A stretch of DNA of 64,000 bases from Eledone cirrhosa (GCA_964016885.1 OZ024742.1:45322001-45386000), one strand, 5' to 3'; counted from the stretch's first letter, positions 10,850-25,364 are shown. Program-made: numbers and translations. The notes: generated by a model from the letters alone, not told the origin.

Positions 10850-13800
10850 GATAAGCTGTCTGTGCTTTCATGAAATTAATAGGTTTTTGTTTTTGTGTAT
10901 GCACAAATGATTTCCGCTTTAAGCCAAGAAATAGCGGGAATAAAATCAAGTGTTCGTGTAGAACCTCACAATGAGGGATCTTACTGGAGTGCCTTGTTAA
11001 AAAATCTCCGCGTACCTCATGTTGAACCTAGATTCATTGAGAATGTCTCTGAATCTGCAAAACACAAAGTGATTGCCATTGGTGTACCAGAAGACATAGT
11101 TGATCTTCAGGCATTTGCTGCCAGTTCATCCAAAAACTTGGGCTGTGCTCCCGCAAAAGGTGCTCTACGCCTTGGCCAACCAGGCCCGAAACCCAGGCTA
11201 ATTAGACTGTCTTTCTCAAACTCAACTGAGGCACGTTCATACCTTGTAGCCTCTGATAAAGCTAGGCGTGAAAGTCGGATTGCTTTCCGAACACGCCCTG
11301 GTCTTCCACCTGATGTCCGCCTAAAGTTGCGTACTGCAGCTTCCTTAAACCGAGCTCGGCAGAACATGAAAGCTTTAGCCTACGTGATGATGGGCAGATA
11401 TGGAAGTTTGTTAAGGCTGGTGAAACATGGAAAAAAGATACCAGCTGGTCTGAAAACACTGTACCCACAACAACTGACAATAAAAAACTGAAAAAACTCT
11501 GGGAAACTAAATCAGAACAACCTGCCATCCCCTGCACATAATCATATACTGGAATCAAGGTACAAATTGTTGTCCTTGAATGCACGTAGTCTATGCAATA
11601 AGATTCATCTTTTTTACTCCTACGTCAAAAGTACCAACCCTGACTTCATTACAGTCACAGAAACTTGGGCACATCCCTTACTCTGTGATGTGGTTTTCAG
11701 CATAACTGGCTACAACCTGTTTCATAAAGACCGCATTAATCGTTGTGGTGGTGGTGTAATGGTCTACGTTCGGTCAAATTTGTCGGCAATTCCTTGTGTT
11801 GATTTGAACCAATCACAGCAGGAAGTTTTTTTCTGCGATATACGTATGACCATGTCAACACTGCTACTTGGAGTCATTTACCGTCCCCCAAATTACCATC
11901 AGGACACTCAACTTTGTGATATCCTCAGAGCTGCTGCCAGGAAGACAGCCACTTATGTTTTTATTGCAGGAGACTTCAATCACCCTGAGATTGACTGGGA
12001 AACCTTCCGTTGGCCGCCAAGTGCAAATGACTTCCATGAGCTAGTGCTGGACTCGAATTGGTCCCAAGTAGTCACTTCCCCAACAAAAGGTGACAACACT
12101 TTGGACCTACTCTTCACCACTACTCCTGAAACGGTCATTAGTGTTACTGTTGAGGAACCTTTAGGTGACTCTGATCATGCTATGATCATTGCCAATCTAT
12201 CCCTCATGGGCAGTAACAAGAACCACAACTATCTTCAAACTGCTCACTTTGACTGGAATAAAGCAGACTAGAACTGTTACTGCACCGAGCTGCAACGTCC
12301 AAACTGGCTTGAGTTCTACAACTCTGGAGATGTCAACACTGTACTCCAGAACACCCTGAGCTCAATATGGACAGCATGTGCAGCATCGGTGCCACGTAAG
12401 CGGAAAAAACATCCCAAAAGTGCAATTTGGGAGACTGCAGCCATCCGTCTTGCCAGAAAAGAACGTCGCAATGCTGAACGTGAGTACAAACTGCACAAAT
12501 CAGACATCAATAGGAAGAGGCGAAATAAATGGTCCAACCACTTCAAACAGATGACAAAAAAGGCAGTGCTTCAATTTGAGCAGCGCATAGCAACCAGCCC
12601 TGACAGTAAGGTGTTCTGGAAGTATGTTCACTCAAAGCAGAGACCTCACTCTCCAGTTGGTCCCCTTCACAATCCCCACACAAGCCAGGTTACTGATGAC
12701 CCCAAGGAATGCGCAGAGCTCATTATTGATTGCTATGCAGGCATTTTCACTATTGAAGACCATAGTGTACCGTCTCCACCACCTATGACACTGGATTCTA
12801 TTACAACCATGGAATTTACACCTGCAATGCTGCGACGTCACCTAAAAAATAAACACAACCATGCCTCTCCTGGTCTTGATGGTGTTACGTACCTGCTTCT
12901 TAAACGTGGTGAGTACTTCCTTCTGCACCAGCTATCACGCTTCTTCCAATTCTGTCTGAACAATGGTGCTATTCCAGAACAGTGGAAAACTGCCAGTGTC
13001 ATTCCCCTGTTCAAAAAGGGTGACCGTACATCACCTGTGAACTATCATCCAGTCAGTCTTACTAGTTGCATTGCCAAACTGATGGAATCCTGTGTCAGAG
13101 AAACACTTTGGAACTTCTGGAACTCTCACAGTCTTATCCGACCCTCGAAATTTGGATTTATCCCCAACTCAGCTGCTGTGATCAACTTATCGAGTTTCTT
13201 GAGGACATCACCCGGATCACTGATGGCGGCTCACGGGTAGAAGTTGTTTACCTTGACTTTGCGAAAGCTTTCAATTCTGTACCACACAAAAGACTTATGG
13301 CAAAACTCTCTGCAATGGGTGTGAAGGATGATCTTTTTAACTGGTTGAAGTCCTTCATTCTCAGTCGAAGAGAGGTAGTCACGGTTCTAGGACAGCATTC
13401 CTCACCATATGAGATGTCATCTGGTGTACCACAGGGATCTGTTCTTGGCCCCCTTTTGTTTGTGGCATATATTAATGACATAGATGCCAACTTAAAGAAT
13501 GCCACAGTACTGAAGTACGCAGATGACATGAAGTTGTACCTTGAGATAAAAAGGACAGATCCTGAACACTATAGATCTTGCTTACAGTCTGACCTGGACA
13601 CAATACAACAATGGATCTCAGACTGGTAACTCAAGCTAGCTGTGGACAAGTGCACCACCATGCATTTTGGGAGTAAAAACCCAGCGTCCACATACTCCCT
13701 CCACAGCACTAATATCAAGAAATCTTCTTGTGACTGTGACCTGGGCATTATGGTCAGCAGCGATTTGCGTTGGACGAAGCATGTCTCTAAAATTGTCAAG

Positions 13801-14446
13801 AGGGCTGAGGGTGTCTTAGCATCACTCAGCAAGACCTTTGTCAGCCGCTCTCCAGCTATCTATTTAAGGCTGTACATGGCTATGGTGTGGTCACACTTAG
13901 AATTTGCATCACCAGTCTGGAACCCCTATCTTGCTCAGAACATTAACTACCTGGAAACTGTTCAGAGATGCGCAACGAAGCGAATACCCTCCATCAGGCA
14001 TCTACCATACTCTGAACGCCTTGCTTCCCTGGGCATGGATACATTGAAGCTCCGACTCCTGGCAACTGACTTGGTAAACACCCACAAAATTGTTAACCAT
14101 CTTGCCAACAACAACAACCCTGAGTACCTTTTTGATTTCCATGTGTCTAACACACGTGGGCATGCCCACAAAGTCAGAAAACAGCACAGTTCCCATGACT
14201 TTCGGAAACATTTTTTCACGCTCAGAGTTGCTGAAGCATGGAACAAACTACCTGCATCAGTTGTTAGCTGTCGAGTCACTGCATCCTTTAAAACCTCCAT
14301 GTTTCCCGAGATTCGCCAACACTACACCTAATGTTCCCCCTCCATACACATACACACATGTATATCATGACTCATACACTATTCACTTCCCTGACATTTG
14401 TATATTATTCTATGTACTATACATACACCTTTGACGAGTTGTAGTG
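10850..14446 (+). mobile_element. CR1-clade LINE, near full length, disrupted
   Basis: ORF1-like 10895-11491 (RLG..KPRLIRLSF); APE (LNARSL, TETW, GDFN, SDH); RT (GVPQGSVLGP, YADD); C-terminal TRGH..RKHFFTLRV..WNKLP; several stops and frameshifts. Confidence 0.92.
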
Positions 14447-17400
14447 GGACGGGGGTGTATTTTGTTAGAGGTGCCTACTGACTGTAGGTTTCGCTTTGTA
14501 CTTAGGCAAGGCGGGCCTTCTGTATTACTGTGTAGCGCCAAAGATCTCGGTCCAGTGACATTGTCTTGGAGAGGTGTAAGTGTGTGAGGTCGGAATTTAT
14601 CAAGTCATCCCAGGTTTTTCTGGGTCTGCCTACTCCGTGGCTACCGTCTATTTTGATCCCCCTGCACTTTTTTATATAGCTGTTGTCTTTCATGCGCATC
14701 ACGTGACCATACCAACGTTGTCTTCTCTCAAGTAAACAGCATCTGATCCCTCTTATTCCTAATTTCTCACTTAGTTCATTTATGCTTTGCCGTTCACGTA
14801 TATTACTATTACACATCCAGCGGAACATGCAAGCTTCATTCCTCTCCAGTCTGCATAGATCCTCTGCACACAATGCCCATGTCTCACTGCCATGTAACAT
14901 CGCTGTTCGTATGCAGGCATCATACAGCCTGCCTTTTATTTTTAGAGAGAAACCTTTAGCTGCCAATAGTGGTATAAGCTCTCTGAACTTTCTCCATCCC
15001 GTTCTGACTCTAGCCATTGTACTTTCAGAGCACCCTCCACCACTGCTGATTTTGTCACCCAAGTAACGGAAGGTGTCCACTATTTCTATAGAACCATCTG
15101 GGCAATGGATTGAGCTAGTATTCTATGGGCATTTGCTGCTACTTATTGCACCTGAACACTGGCCACATATAAAATCTATATTCTTAGTTAGCTTACCTGT
15201 GATCCCACTACATCTTTTATGCACCCATACTTTGTATTTGGGACATAAAATGGAGTTTCTGCCTACTCCTTTCCTACAAACTGAACATGGCCATTTCCCA
15301 GATGGGACCAGTGCCCTATTTTCCTTCCTACATATTAGAACTTTAGTCTTAGACAAGTTAATTTTAAGGCCTTTTAATTCTAGCCATGCTTCCATGTTTA
15401 GAATTTTTTTCTCTAGTTCAGCCATTGATTCAGCTATGAGTGTTAGATCATCTGCGTATAGAAGTTCCCATGGGCAGCCGGTCTTGAACTCCTCTGTTAT
15501 ATCCTGGAGGGGGATAATAAATAGGAGGGGGCTAAGGACAGAGCCCTGATGAACACCAACTTTTACGCTAAACTCTTCACTATATTCGTTGTTAATTCTA
15601 ACTTTGTTGACTGTTTCTTTATACATGGCTTGTATAGCTCTCACAAGCCATTCATCAACACCTAGTTTTCTAAGAGCCCACCAGATAATGGGGCATGGGA
15701 CTCTGTCAAAAGCTTTCTCCAAGTCAACAAAACCTAAGTATAGGGGGTTTACTTTTAGCTAGGTACTTCTCCTGTAGATGTCGTACAATGAAAAGAGCGT
15801 CTGCAGTACTTTTACCTGACACAAACCCGAACTGCATTTCATCTAGATCAATTCGCTCTCTGATTAGTTGCGCTATTACTTTTTCTGTGATCTTCATGAC
15901 CTGGTCAATTAATTTAATGCATCTATAGTTTACCCTATCTAGGGCATCTCCTTTACCCTTGTAGCAGTTAATGATGATGATGCTACGCCAGTCCTTTGGT
16001 ACGACCCCATTCTGTATGACTTGGTTTACTATCCGGGTGACCATAGTGTGTCCCACCGTTCCAGATGCTTTCAGCATTTCAGCAACTATTTCCGAAGGCC
16101 CAGCCACCTTGCCTGTCTTCATACTTTGATTGTCTTACTTATTATATTACCTTCAACTTGCACTGCTGGTCCCTCTATTGGATCGATGTGGGGGAGACTG
16201 TCTTTCTCCCATTTATTCTACTCATTTAGTAGCCTTTCGTAGTGACACTTCCAAGCTACCTTCTTATCAGCGTCAGTGATGGCAAGTACACCATCATCAT
16301 TACGGACACATTTCACCCTGACAATATCACGGTTTTCCTTGACACATTGCCTAGCAATCCTGAACACCTCACATTTTTGGTCCTCGTGTTGTAGAACATG
16401 CTTGAACTTTCTTTCCTCTGCTTCCCTTCTTGCGAAGTACACTTTTTCTCCTAGCTTCCCTCCTGGCCACTTGATAGTCTTCTCTAGTCCCCCCATCCCA
16501 CCATACTTTCCAAGCCCGCTTTTTGGCCTTGATTGATTCTCCACCTTACTGTTCCACCACCAAGTTACTCTCCTCCTGCCTACAGGCCTGCTCCAGTCAC
16601 AGATTTCATCTGTCGCCTTCAGCAGGTTTGCTTTCAGGAATTCCCACTGTTCCTCTATATTGTACGACTCTAATTGCTCTTCCTTACTGTCAAAAGCATC
16701 AAGTAATATGCTTTTAAATTTGTTACTGGCTGTAGGATCCTTTAACTTCCATATTTTTCTCCTGAGGATAGTCCGCCTCTGTTGTCGAGTACGTCTCGTC
16801 CTGACTATGAGGTCACTAACTATGAGGCTATGTTGGGAGGTGCATCTTCATGGGGGAGGGATTTAGTGTTTACAACAGACACTCTGTCACGTCTTCTGGT
16901 AAGGATATAATCTATCTGACTGGCGTGTTCCCCTGATCTATAGGTGATCAAGTGATTGTCTCGTTTTTTAGTGTTAGATAGTTAGGTTATTTGCGTCACA
17001 GAATTCCAGGGTTCTGGAGCCTTTCTCATTTCTAGTACCAAACCCATAGCCTCCATGGATTCCGTCATAGCCGTCACAATGTTGTCTAACGTGACCATTT
17101 AGGTCGCCAGCAATAATTATGTAGTCACTGTCAGTTATTTGGGAGGTAGCGAGCATTAACGACTCATAGAATCTGTCTTTTATAACGCCAGGCAGTCCGG
17201 ATTGGGGTGCATATGCAGATATTATTGTCACAGTAGTTCTATTTAGGACAAGTCTTATTTTAATTATTCTGTCGTTCACTCTATTTACGTCTATTATCTT
17301 ATCTACCCATTTTTCTGGTAGCATGACACCTACTCCAACCAGCCCATTGTCATTTCCCACCCAGAAAAGATTATAGCAGAGTTTTTTTACCCACAATGAA

Positions 17401-17756
17401 TCTAGCAGACCCATCCCTCCACCTGGTCTCTTGAATACAGCAAACATCAACCTCCTTACGTTCAAGCATCTCTACAACCTCGTTAGAGCGACCTTTTAAG
17501 GTTTTAAAATCATTCATGGGACCAACTCTGAAGTTTTGGATTGCGTTTGGTGGGTGGGAAGGATGGGGCGCAGGGAGGGGTGAGGGAGATGGGGTTATGT
17601 TAGCCATCCGCGGCCGAAATAAAGAGGAGTCCTTGCATTCTCGTCCAGGCAGCATGAGGTGAATTTGTCTTTATCTTTGGCATTGTCACTGAGTGTCCAG
17701 ATTTTTCAGACTTTCCAGAATTCCGTAGTCCATCCATCATATCGAAAGGCAACCAG
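14446..17756 (-). mobile_element. RTE LINE family A, second copy, inverted relative to 463-4102
   Basis: Colinear and highly similar to 463-3776 from the 5' UTR through APE, RT and C-terminus; multiple frameshifts. Confidence 0.95.
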
Positions 17757-18325
17757 GTCTAAACTTAAGAAGTGATAACATAGGCCGCTAAATTATGATT
17801 GGTCCAAATAATAATGGTGGCGAGTGGGTGTGGGGAAGAGGGATCTAGGGTAGTTAGCGAGAAGGTTATAAAATAAAATCCTCAAATTTTGGCCATAATT
17901 GAACGAGCATATAACAGTAATAAGAGAAGAATTATGAGATTTTAAAATACAAGATTATTTTGAACAATCAGACAGAATTATCAAATAGCATTGAAGAAGA
18001 AAAGATTGGATTCTGGACAATATGATATAGATAGATGAATGGACTGGGGAACATGGAGCGACGAGAAAAAAAATAGGATTTGTACATTATATTTCACAGA
18101 AGAGCGAGCAAGCGATGTAGCCAAGAATAAGGGGTCAACAAATTCTGAGTTTCGTACCTCGCAACAGGTTTATTTTATATTTGGAGAGAGAGGAAGGGAT
18201 TGAGAGAGAACCAGCAGGCGCGTATACGATATATAGGGGGGGGGGGGGTCAGGAATAGGAGGGAGCAGGAAGGTTATTTTATAAAATCCTAGAATTTCGA
18301 CCATAATTAAATATACATATAAATC

Positions 18326-18661
18326 ATTTCATTTTCATTTTACGTCCGCTTTTTCCCTGCCTGCAAGGGTGGGACGGGAACTGATTCTGGCTTGATTTCT
18401 ACAACTGGATGCCCTTCCTAACATCAACCTCATTTACAGTGAGTGCTGGGTGCTTTTTTGCCGTGGCACCTCCACAACCACTTTGCAGTGAAGTAATATG
18501 GACCCCAGTCCCTATCATCTCATTTCTACAGCTGAGTAAACTGGAGCAATGTGAAATAAAGTGTCTTGCTCAAGGAAACAACACATCACCCGGTCTGAGA
18601 ATTGAACTCACAACCTTTTGATTGCAAGGCCAATGCTCTAACCACTAAGCCATGTGCCTCC
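18326..18661 (-). mobile_element. tRNA-derived SINE family 1
   Basis: A box tggcttagtgg, B box gttcaattc, central ccttgagcaagacactt domain, RTE-like tail. Confidence 0.9.
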
Positions 18662-18675
18662 CTAAACCATGTGCC

Positions 18676-19210
<535 letters not shown>

Positions 19211-19226
19211 TATATATATATATATA

Positions 19227-19268
<42 letters not shown>

Positions 19269-19660
19269 CATATGCTACCAGTACCTTGAGAAAGCAACAC
19301 CAAAATTCAGAACAGAGCATATCAAGGAATCAAAATAACAGAAGTAAGCTTTATTCTATCTTTATGTTTTTATGTTTTTTTCTGTTCAAATTCTAGCTGA
19401 TTGATAATGAAGTCAGGTACATGACTTCTGTGGGTGACCTTGAATCAATCTTCTGCTAAACAAATGTAACAGATTGATACACAATAAAATAAAAAGATGT
19501 AAATAAAACTTCATCGTTTTTCACATCATATGACACCCTATCCCAGTATTAAATAAAAATAACCAACTCTATCTTTGACTTGCCAGTGTATTCAAATATT
19601 TTTCATCAAAGTTTCCAAAGAGGTTCTCTGCAGTATGACAGACAACTGCAGCCAATGATA

Positions 19661-20953
19661 TGTGAAGGGCAGCTGAAAAGTTCATGGGCTGACCAAGATA
19701 CTCTCATGGAATGTGACCAAATGAGGTTTATGTTTCAACAGAGTCCTCCTTGCAGTCCATACATTTCTTCCATCAGTGTTACAGCGCTTGGATCCCATTG
19801 GTGAAAAAGCTTTCATCCTGTTCGTAAAAAAAGTCATCATCAGCAGATATGATGTCATCATCACTGCGATACTGGTTTCCAGCCAAGTGTTTCTTTATAT
19901 TGGGAAACAGATGATAGTCATGTTGGGAAACAGATGAAGAGAATAGAGAGGGTGATCAATCAGTTCAAAGCCACAGTTATGCACAGTAACCATTGAAACC
20001 AAGAGCTTGCATGCTGGAGCATGGTCCTAATGAGACAAGACTACTTTCATCAGTTTTCCTGGGTATTTGGTTTTGATAGCCTTTCGTAACTGCCTCAACA
20101 AGTTGGCATATTACTCTCCATGATGGTGTGGCCCTTTTGAGGATAATCATTAAACACAATGCATTTTGCATTAAAAAAAACTGAGGCCATCACCTTCCCT
20201 TCAGATGAAACGACCATTGCCTTCTTTGGAGCTGGTGAGGAGGGGTGTTTTCATTGCATGGATTGTCTCTTTGTCTCTGGCTCAAAGTGATGAACCCAAT
20301 ACACATCTTGGGTTAGGAAACGTTCAAGGAAACCAGATGAATCCCCCTCAAACAATGTCAGATTTATCCGTGATGTGATCAGCCTGGTGCACTTATGATC
20401 AGGTGTCAGAAGACGTAGAACTCACCTAGCAGAAACCTTTATCATACCAAGTTCATTGTGCAGAATATTCTCAACTCTCATGGGATTTGCTAATAGCATT
20501 GGCTATTTGGTTTATAGTTAATCACCTGTCAGCCATCACCATGTGGCAAACACAGTCAATGTTTTCCTTGATGGTAGCAGTTGCAGAACTTTTAGAACTT
20601 GAGTCACCTTCAAGACTCTCACTTCCCCTCCTAAATTCAGCTGCCCATTTTTGCACTGCTGATAAAGCTGAAGACCCATCCTCTAATGTAGCAACCATGT
20701 CAACATGAATATCCTTGGGGGCTAAACCCTTTTTCTGCAGGGACTTGATAACACTATGGTGCCAACTTTTGTCTATTTTCAAGAGAAGTCACTACCTGTT
20801 ACTTTTGAAAGTCTTCTTTGAACAGTTAGATGTCAATTTACCTGGAAATGTAGTTATTAATAAGAAAAGGTGAAATCGATGCATGTTAGATTTCACTGCT
20901 CTAAGCATCTCTCCTTCATACTCAACATATGAACTTTTCATACCTCCCTTGTA
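19661..20953 (-). mobile_element. Decayed mariner transposon
   Basis: Imperfect TIRs (aagggcagctgaaaagttca / tgaacttttcatacctccctt), TA flanks, HTH-region remnant KGLAPKDIHVDMV..VQKWAAEFRRG. Confidence 0.85.
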
Positions 20954-20959
20954 TACTAC

Positions 20960-21400
20960 TTACCCTTTCTAGAATCAGTTTATATTTTGGAAAACACTTC
21001 CATTGTGCCTTTGGAAAGAAGAACATGAATCTACAAATGAAGCTCACAGTGTATCAATGGGTCATGGTTGTCTCTCCCTTATTCTATGGTAGCAAAACAT
21101 GGACTTTGTACTGCTGGGATATCCAAAAACTGGAACGATTTCATCACAAGAAACTTTGATCAGTTATGAGTATCAAATGGGAGGAGTGTCAACAACCTTG
21201 TAGTTCTTAAATGGGCCAAAACCAACAACATTGAGGCCATCTTCATCAAACATTGCCGCAGATGGACACGTTACATTCACCACATGGGCAGCAACAGACT
21301 GCCACATCAAATCCTCTACAGCAAACTCAACATGGTTAAGAGAACACATGGCCACCGCTTGGAATGCTATAAAGACCAACTGAAACAGACAATGAAAAAC
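20960..21400 (+). mobile_element. Old RTE (BovB-like) C-terminal fragment
   Basis: KLTVY..LFYGSKTW, RLPHQILYSKL. Confidence 0.65.
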
Positions 21401-22084
21401 ACCACAATTAATGATTGTATGTATTGGTTAGTCTTAGTGATCAGAGGCTGGCCAGATTATAGAGTTCGCCATCGAAGTGGTACTTGATCCCTACAGCAGG
21501 GTTGGTAGGGGGAATTTCATGAAGCATGACAGCAAGGTATAGGGAGAACTAGATTGGAGTAAATAGACATTCTTGTTTTAAGACATTAGTGATCAGGAAA
21601 ATTTCTGATGTGTTCTTTTGATGTGTCACCTGTCTTACCATACCATCGTGGAGAATGCCTGCATGAGTGCCACAAAATGATAAGGACAACTGAATCATTT
21701 CACTACCATCCATATAGCTGTGTATGGTACAGTGTTGAAAGACAAAGAAGACAAGCATGGGAAGTTTCCAATGTTCTGGATTTTTTTCCTGCAGCTATTC
21801 TGCACCGGATGATGGGGAGAGAGTTGAGGAAGAGGAGAGGAGGGGGTGAGAAGGCAGAGAAGAAGAAGAAGAAGAAGAAGAAGAAGAAGAAGAAGAAGAA
21901 GAAAAAGAAGAAGTGTAGATTGAAGGTTATGCAGGTCAAAGAAAACTCGAGCATTTTTCCCTTAGAATTATATAATCAAGGTATTAAATTGTAAATTTTT
22001 TTATAGGTACATTACTAATATATATATCTACATGCACACTTATATATACATATGTTTTCCCTTTTTTGTTTCAATTCATTATAG

Positions 22085-22172
22085 GTTTTTTTGATGAACC
22101 TCAATATTTCCAGAAATTATTCATGCAGCAACTTTGACAAAAATGTTGTATCCTGTATACTCTTGCAAAAAG
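22085..22172 (+). CDS. Host gene 1 exon: end of PLAT-like domain
   Basis: Polypyrimidine tract plus atag|, donor G|gtaaaa, 88 nt, phase 0/1; VFLMNLNISRNYSCSNFDKNVVSCILLQK. Confidence 0.7.
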
Positions 22173-22177
22173 GTAAA

Positions 22178-22285
22178 AATATATAACATTTCTATATATT
22201 TAATATACTAGAATATATAACATTTCTATATATTTAATATACTAGAATATATAACATTTCTATATATTTAATATACTAGAATATA
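22178..22285. repeat. 34-bp tandem repeat, 3 copies
   Basis: aatatataacatttctatatatttaatatactag, starting a few bases after the donor. Confidence 0.95.
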
Positions 22286-23262
22286 AGCCAATCCAAATAT
22301 AAGCTGACCCCCCCCCCCCCTCTATTTTATATCTGAGAAATGGACAAAAATCCAAATCTCATGTATTAGATGAGGCAGAATATATTGAGTGGAGAATGTC
22401 ATTATATGAAGTTTCAATATTTTGATATTTAAAATGATATTTTGAGTATAGTTTTTCTTTCACAACTCCAAAAGTGGAAACAATTATGTAATGACAGTTT
22501 TGAAGACCATATTCATTCAAAACACAAAAAACAAATTTCATGTCAAAATTGAAACCGGTGTAATATTCATCTCCGAAGTGAATCCACTGTGATATTCTTT
22601 TCCAAAGTGAAACTAGTGTAATATTCACCTTCAAAGCAAAACTATTTTCGCACCTCATTACGTACAATTTTCATGTTGGAACATTGCCAAAATATTTACC
22701 TCAAATATAAGCCACCTCATTTTACAATTGTTTTTTTTTTGTTTTTTTGTCACATATTTCTCAGATTATATACGAATATACACGATAACTGACAATTTTA
22801 ATAGCTGGTTCATCTGTTGGGTCAGCTGGGCATATACTCCACATCATCAGTCTCTTATAGTAGCATTTTCAGGTCTCTTTCTTTTGGCGCATCAGTGGTG
22901 CTAAGTACTCTGGTATCATTTTGAACACACTTTTCTCCAACAACATCCTGATTCACAAGGCACATTGCTTTATGATGTAGAACACCTCACTTCTATAATC
23001 CTCACATCACAGGACATTGGCAAACCTCCCACTAAGTATGCTTGTTGTCTTGCTTCTCTTTTAGCTACCAGGTACTCATCTCTCCTTTCTCCATTTTTCC
23101 AGTCTTTTCACACCTGCCTTTTTTTTAACAGTTATACTCACAGTATTGTTCCCCCACCAGGTCTCTGGCTGATGTATATATATATATATATGCTAGCATG
23201 TAAAATGGACATAAGACAGAGGTGATGAGGATATATGTATATACACACAAATACATATATAT

Positions 23263-23435
23263 GTTTACCAAAATTCGCCAAAACTACACCTGATGTACCC
23301 CTTCCATACACATGCACACATGTGTATATCATGACTCATGCACTGTTCATTTTCCTGACGTTTGTGCATTACCCTATGTACTATACATACACTTTTTGAT
23401 GAGTTGTAGTGCACCTGAGCACTGTACAAAATATT

Positions 23436-23465
<30 letters not shown>
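23263..23465 (+). mobile_element. CR1 3' UTR fragment with (ATT)n tail
   Basis: Matches 14300-14446 and continues to the natural tail. Confidence 0.85.
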
Positions 23466-23472
<7 letters not shown>

Positions 23473-23499
23473 CATTATCATGATATATATGTGTATATA

Positions 23500-24262
23500 T
23501 AGTAATAAGAATATTTATTCTTATATATGTTTAATATACAATTATAAATATGTAGCGTAGTACTAAGTACTAGCCGGTTACCGGTATGACAAAAGGCTCA
23601 ATGCAAATTATCAAGTATTTTACAGAGCTGAGATACAAAGTGTTAAAACAATCAAATTCCTCATACGTGCCTTATTGATTGTATTGACTCCTGCATTGTA
23701 TACCCCTAACATTACCTGATCTCCAATGCTAAGACATCTTATATCTTATGACTATCCTATCTTTCATCTTTCCTTGCTTGTACCTCTTACACTTTCAACC
23801 AGTGCTCCATGTAATTGTGTTCTATCAAGCATAACAGCTTTTTAACTCCTGATTCTATACACGATGTCTATGACACTAACAACCCTTATGTATCTACCTA
23901 AATGTTCTGAATGACTAGGATTTTAATCACCTGTTTAGACATTCCCTATGCTCTGATGATTCCAGACTTCCCTCTGGAAGAAACAATTGCTAAGATATAA
24001 GATGTCTTAGCATTGGAGATCAGGTAATGTTAGGGGTATACAATGCAGGAGTCAATACAATCAATAAGGCACGTATGAGGAATTTGATTGTTTTAACACT
24101 TTGTATCTCAGCTCTGTAAAATACTTCAAAATTTGCATTGAGCCTTTTGTCATACCGGTAACCAGCTAGTACTTAGTACTACCCTCCATATTTATAGTTG
24201 TATATTAAACATATATAAGAATAAATAAACTAAGATTTGATTGTTGTAACACTTTGTATGTG
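23500..24262. mobile_element. PLE-type fold-back insert (arms about 240 bp) with partial hammerhead
   Basis: 23505-23748 is inverted to 23991-24228; CTGATGA-TTCCAGA-loop-TCTGGAA-GAAAC at 23953-23984; (TA)n flanks. Confidence 0.75.
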
Positions 24263-24536
24263 TATATATATATATATGTGTGTGTGTGTGTATGTTATGT
24301 TTGTACCACAAAACATCCAGCCCACACTGTAAAGTGGTCGTGTAAAAGACATGGTAAAAAGCACCCAACACACACTGTAAATGTGGTTGGCACTAGGAAG
24401 GGCATCTAGCTGTAGAAAACCAGTAACAGTCCTATATGAGCGAGACACGATCACCCAACCCAACTTGCTTCTGAATGGGACTAACCCATGTTAGTGTGGA
24501 AGATGGATGTTAAACGATGATGATGATAATATATAT

Positions 24537-24864
24537 GGGGGCACATGGCTTAGTGGTTAGAGCATTGGCCTTGCAATCGAAAGGTTGTGAGTTCAATTCT
24601 CAGACCGGGTGATGTGTTGTTTCCTTGAGACACTTTATTTCACATTGCTCCAGTTTACTCAGCTGTAGAAATGAGATGATAGGACTGGGGTCCCTATCAT
24701 TCTACTGCAAAGTGGTCGTGGAGGTGCCACGGCAAAAAAGCTCCCAGCACTCACTGTAAATGAGGTTGGTGTTTGGAAGAGCATCCAGCTGTAGAAATCA
24801 AGCCAGAATCAGTTCCCGTCCCACCCTTGCAGGCAGGGAAAAGTGGATGTAAAATGAAAAATGA

Positions 24865-24868
<4 letters not shown>
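24537..24868 (+). mobile_element. tRNA-derived SINE family 1
   Basis: A and B boxes, central domain, RTE-B tail. Confidence 0.9.
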
Positions 24869-24920
<52 letters not shown>

Positions 24921-25364
24921 AAAAGAAGCTGAAAATGCAATTGGAGTCATTCAGAATTTATGACTTTACCAATTTCACAAGTTTCATCATTTTCAAGAAA
25001 GATGGAGAAATGCGTGGCTATACTGACTTGTATCTCACATCCAATTGATGTTGGGAATTTCTTTCAGTTTTATACAAAAAATTTGGCTCAGATTGCTATG
25101 TTTGAAGTACAATTTCATAGAGTGAGGAAGATCTCATGATTAGGCATAACATTTTTGGTAATTTCATGTAAAAAATCAGAGTGCCTTGGTTCATTCAAGT
25201 TTTTGCATAAAAGAAACTCAACTATAAAGTATAATTTGATAAACTGTGGGCCATCATATGATTAGGCATCAAGTTTGGTGATACTTTCATGTCAAAAAAT
25301 GGTAGTGAATGTGGACAGTAGCAATTCCTGCCTGCTGTATTCAAAAGTCATACATATATATATA

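Noticed and set aside
17760-18310. HDV-like ribozyme or extended 5' UTR of the RTE
   Set aside because: I could not build the nested pseudoknot by eye and the segment is not shared with the other copy; left unassigned
24537-24610. tRNA gene
   Set aside because: The A and B boxes run into a SINE body and tail, the unit is repeated four times, and there is no clean acceptor stem
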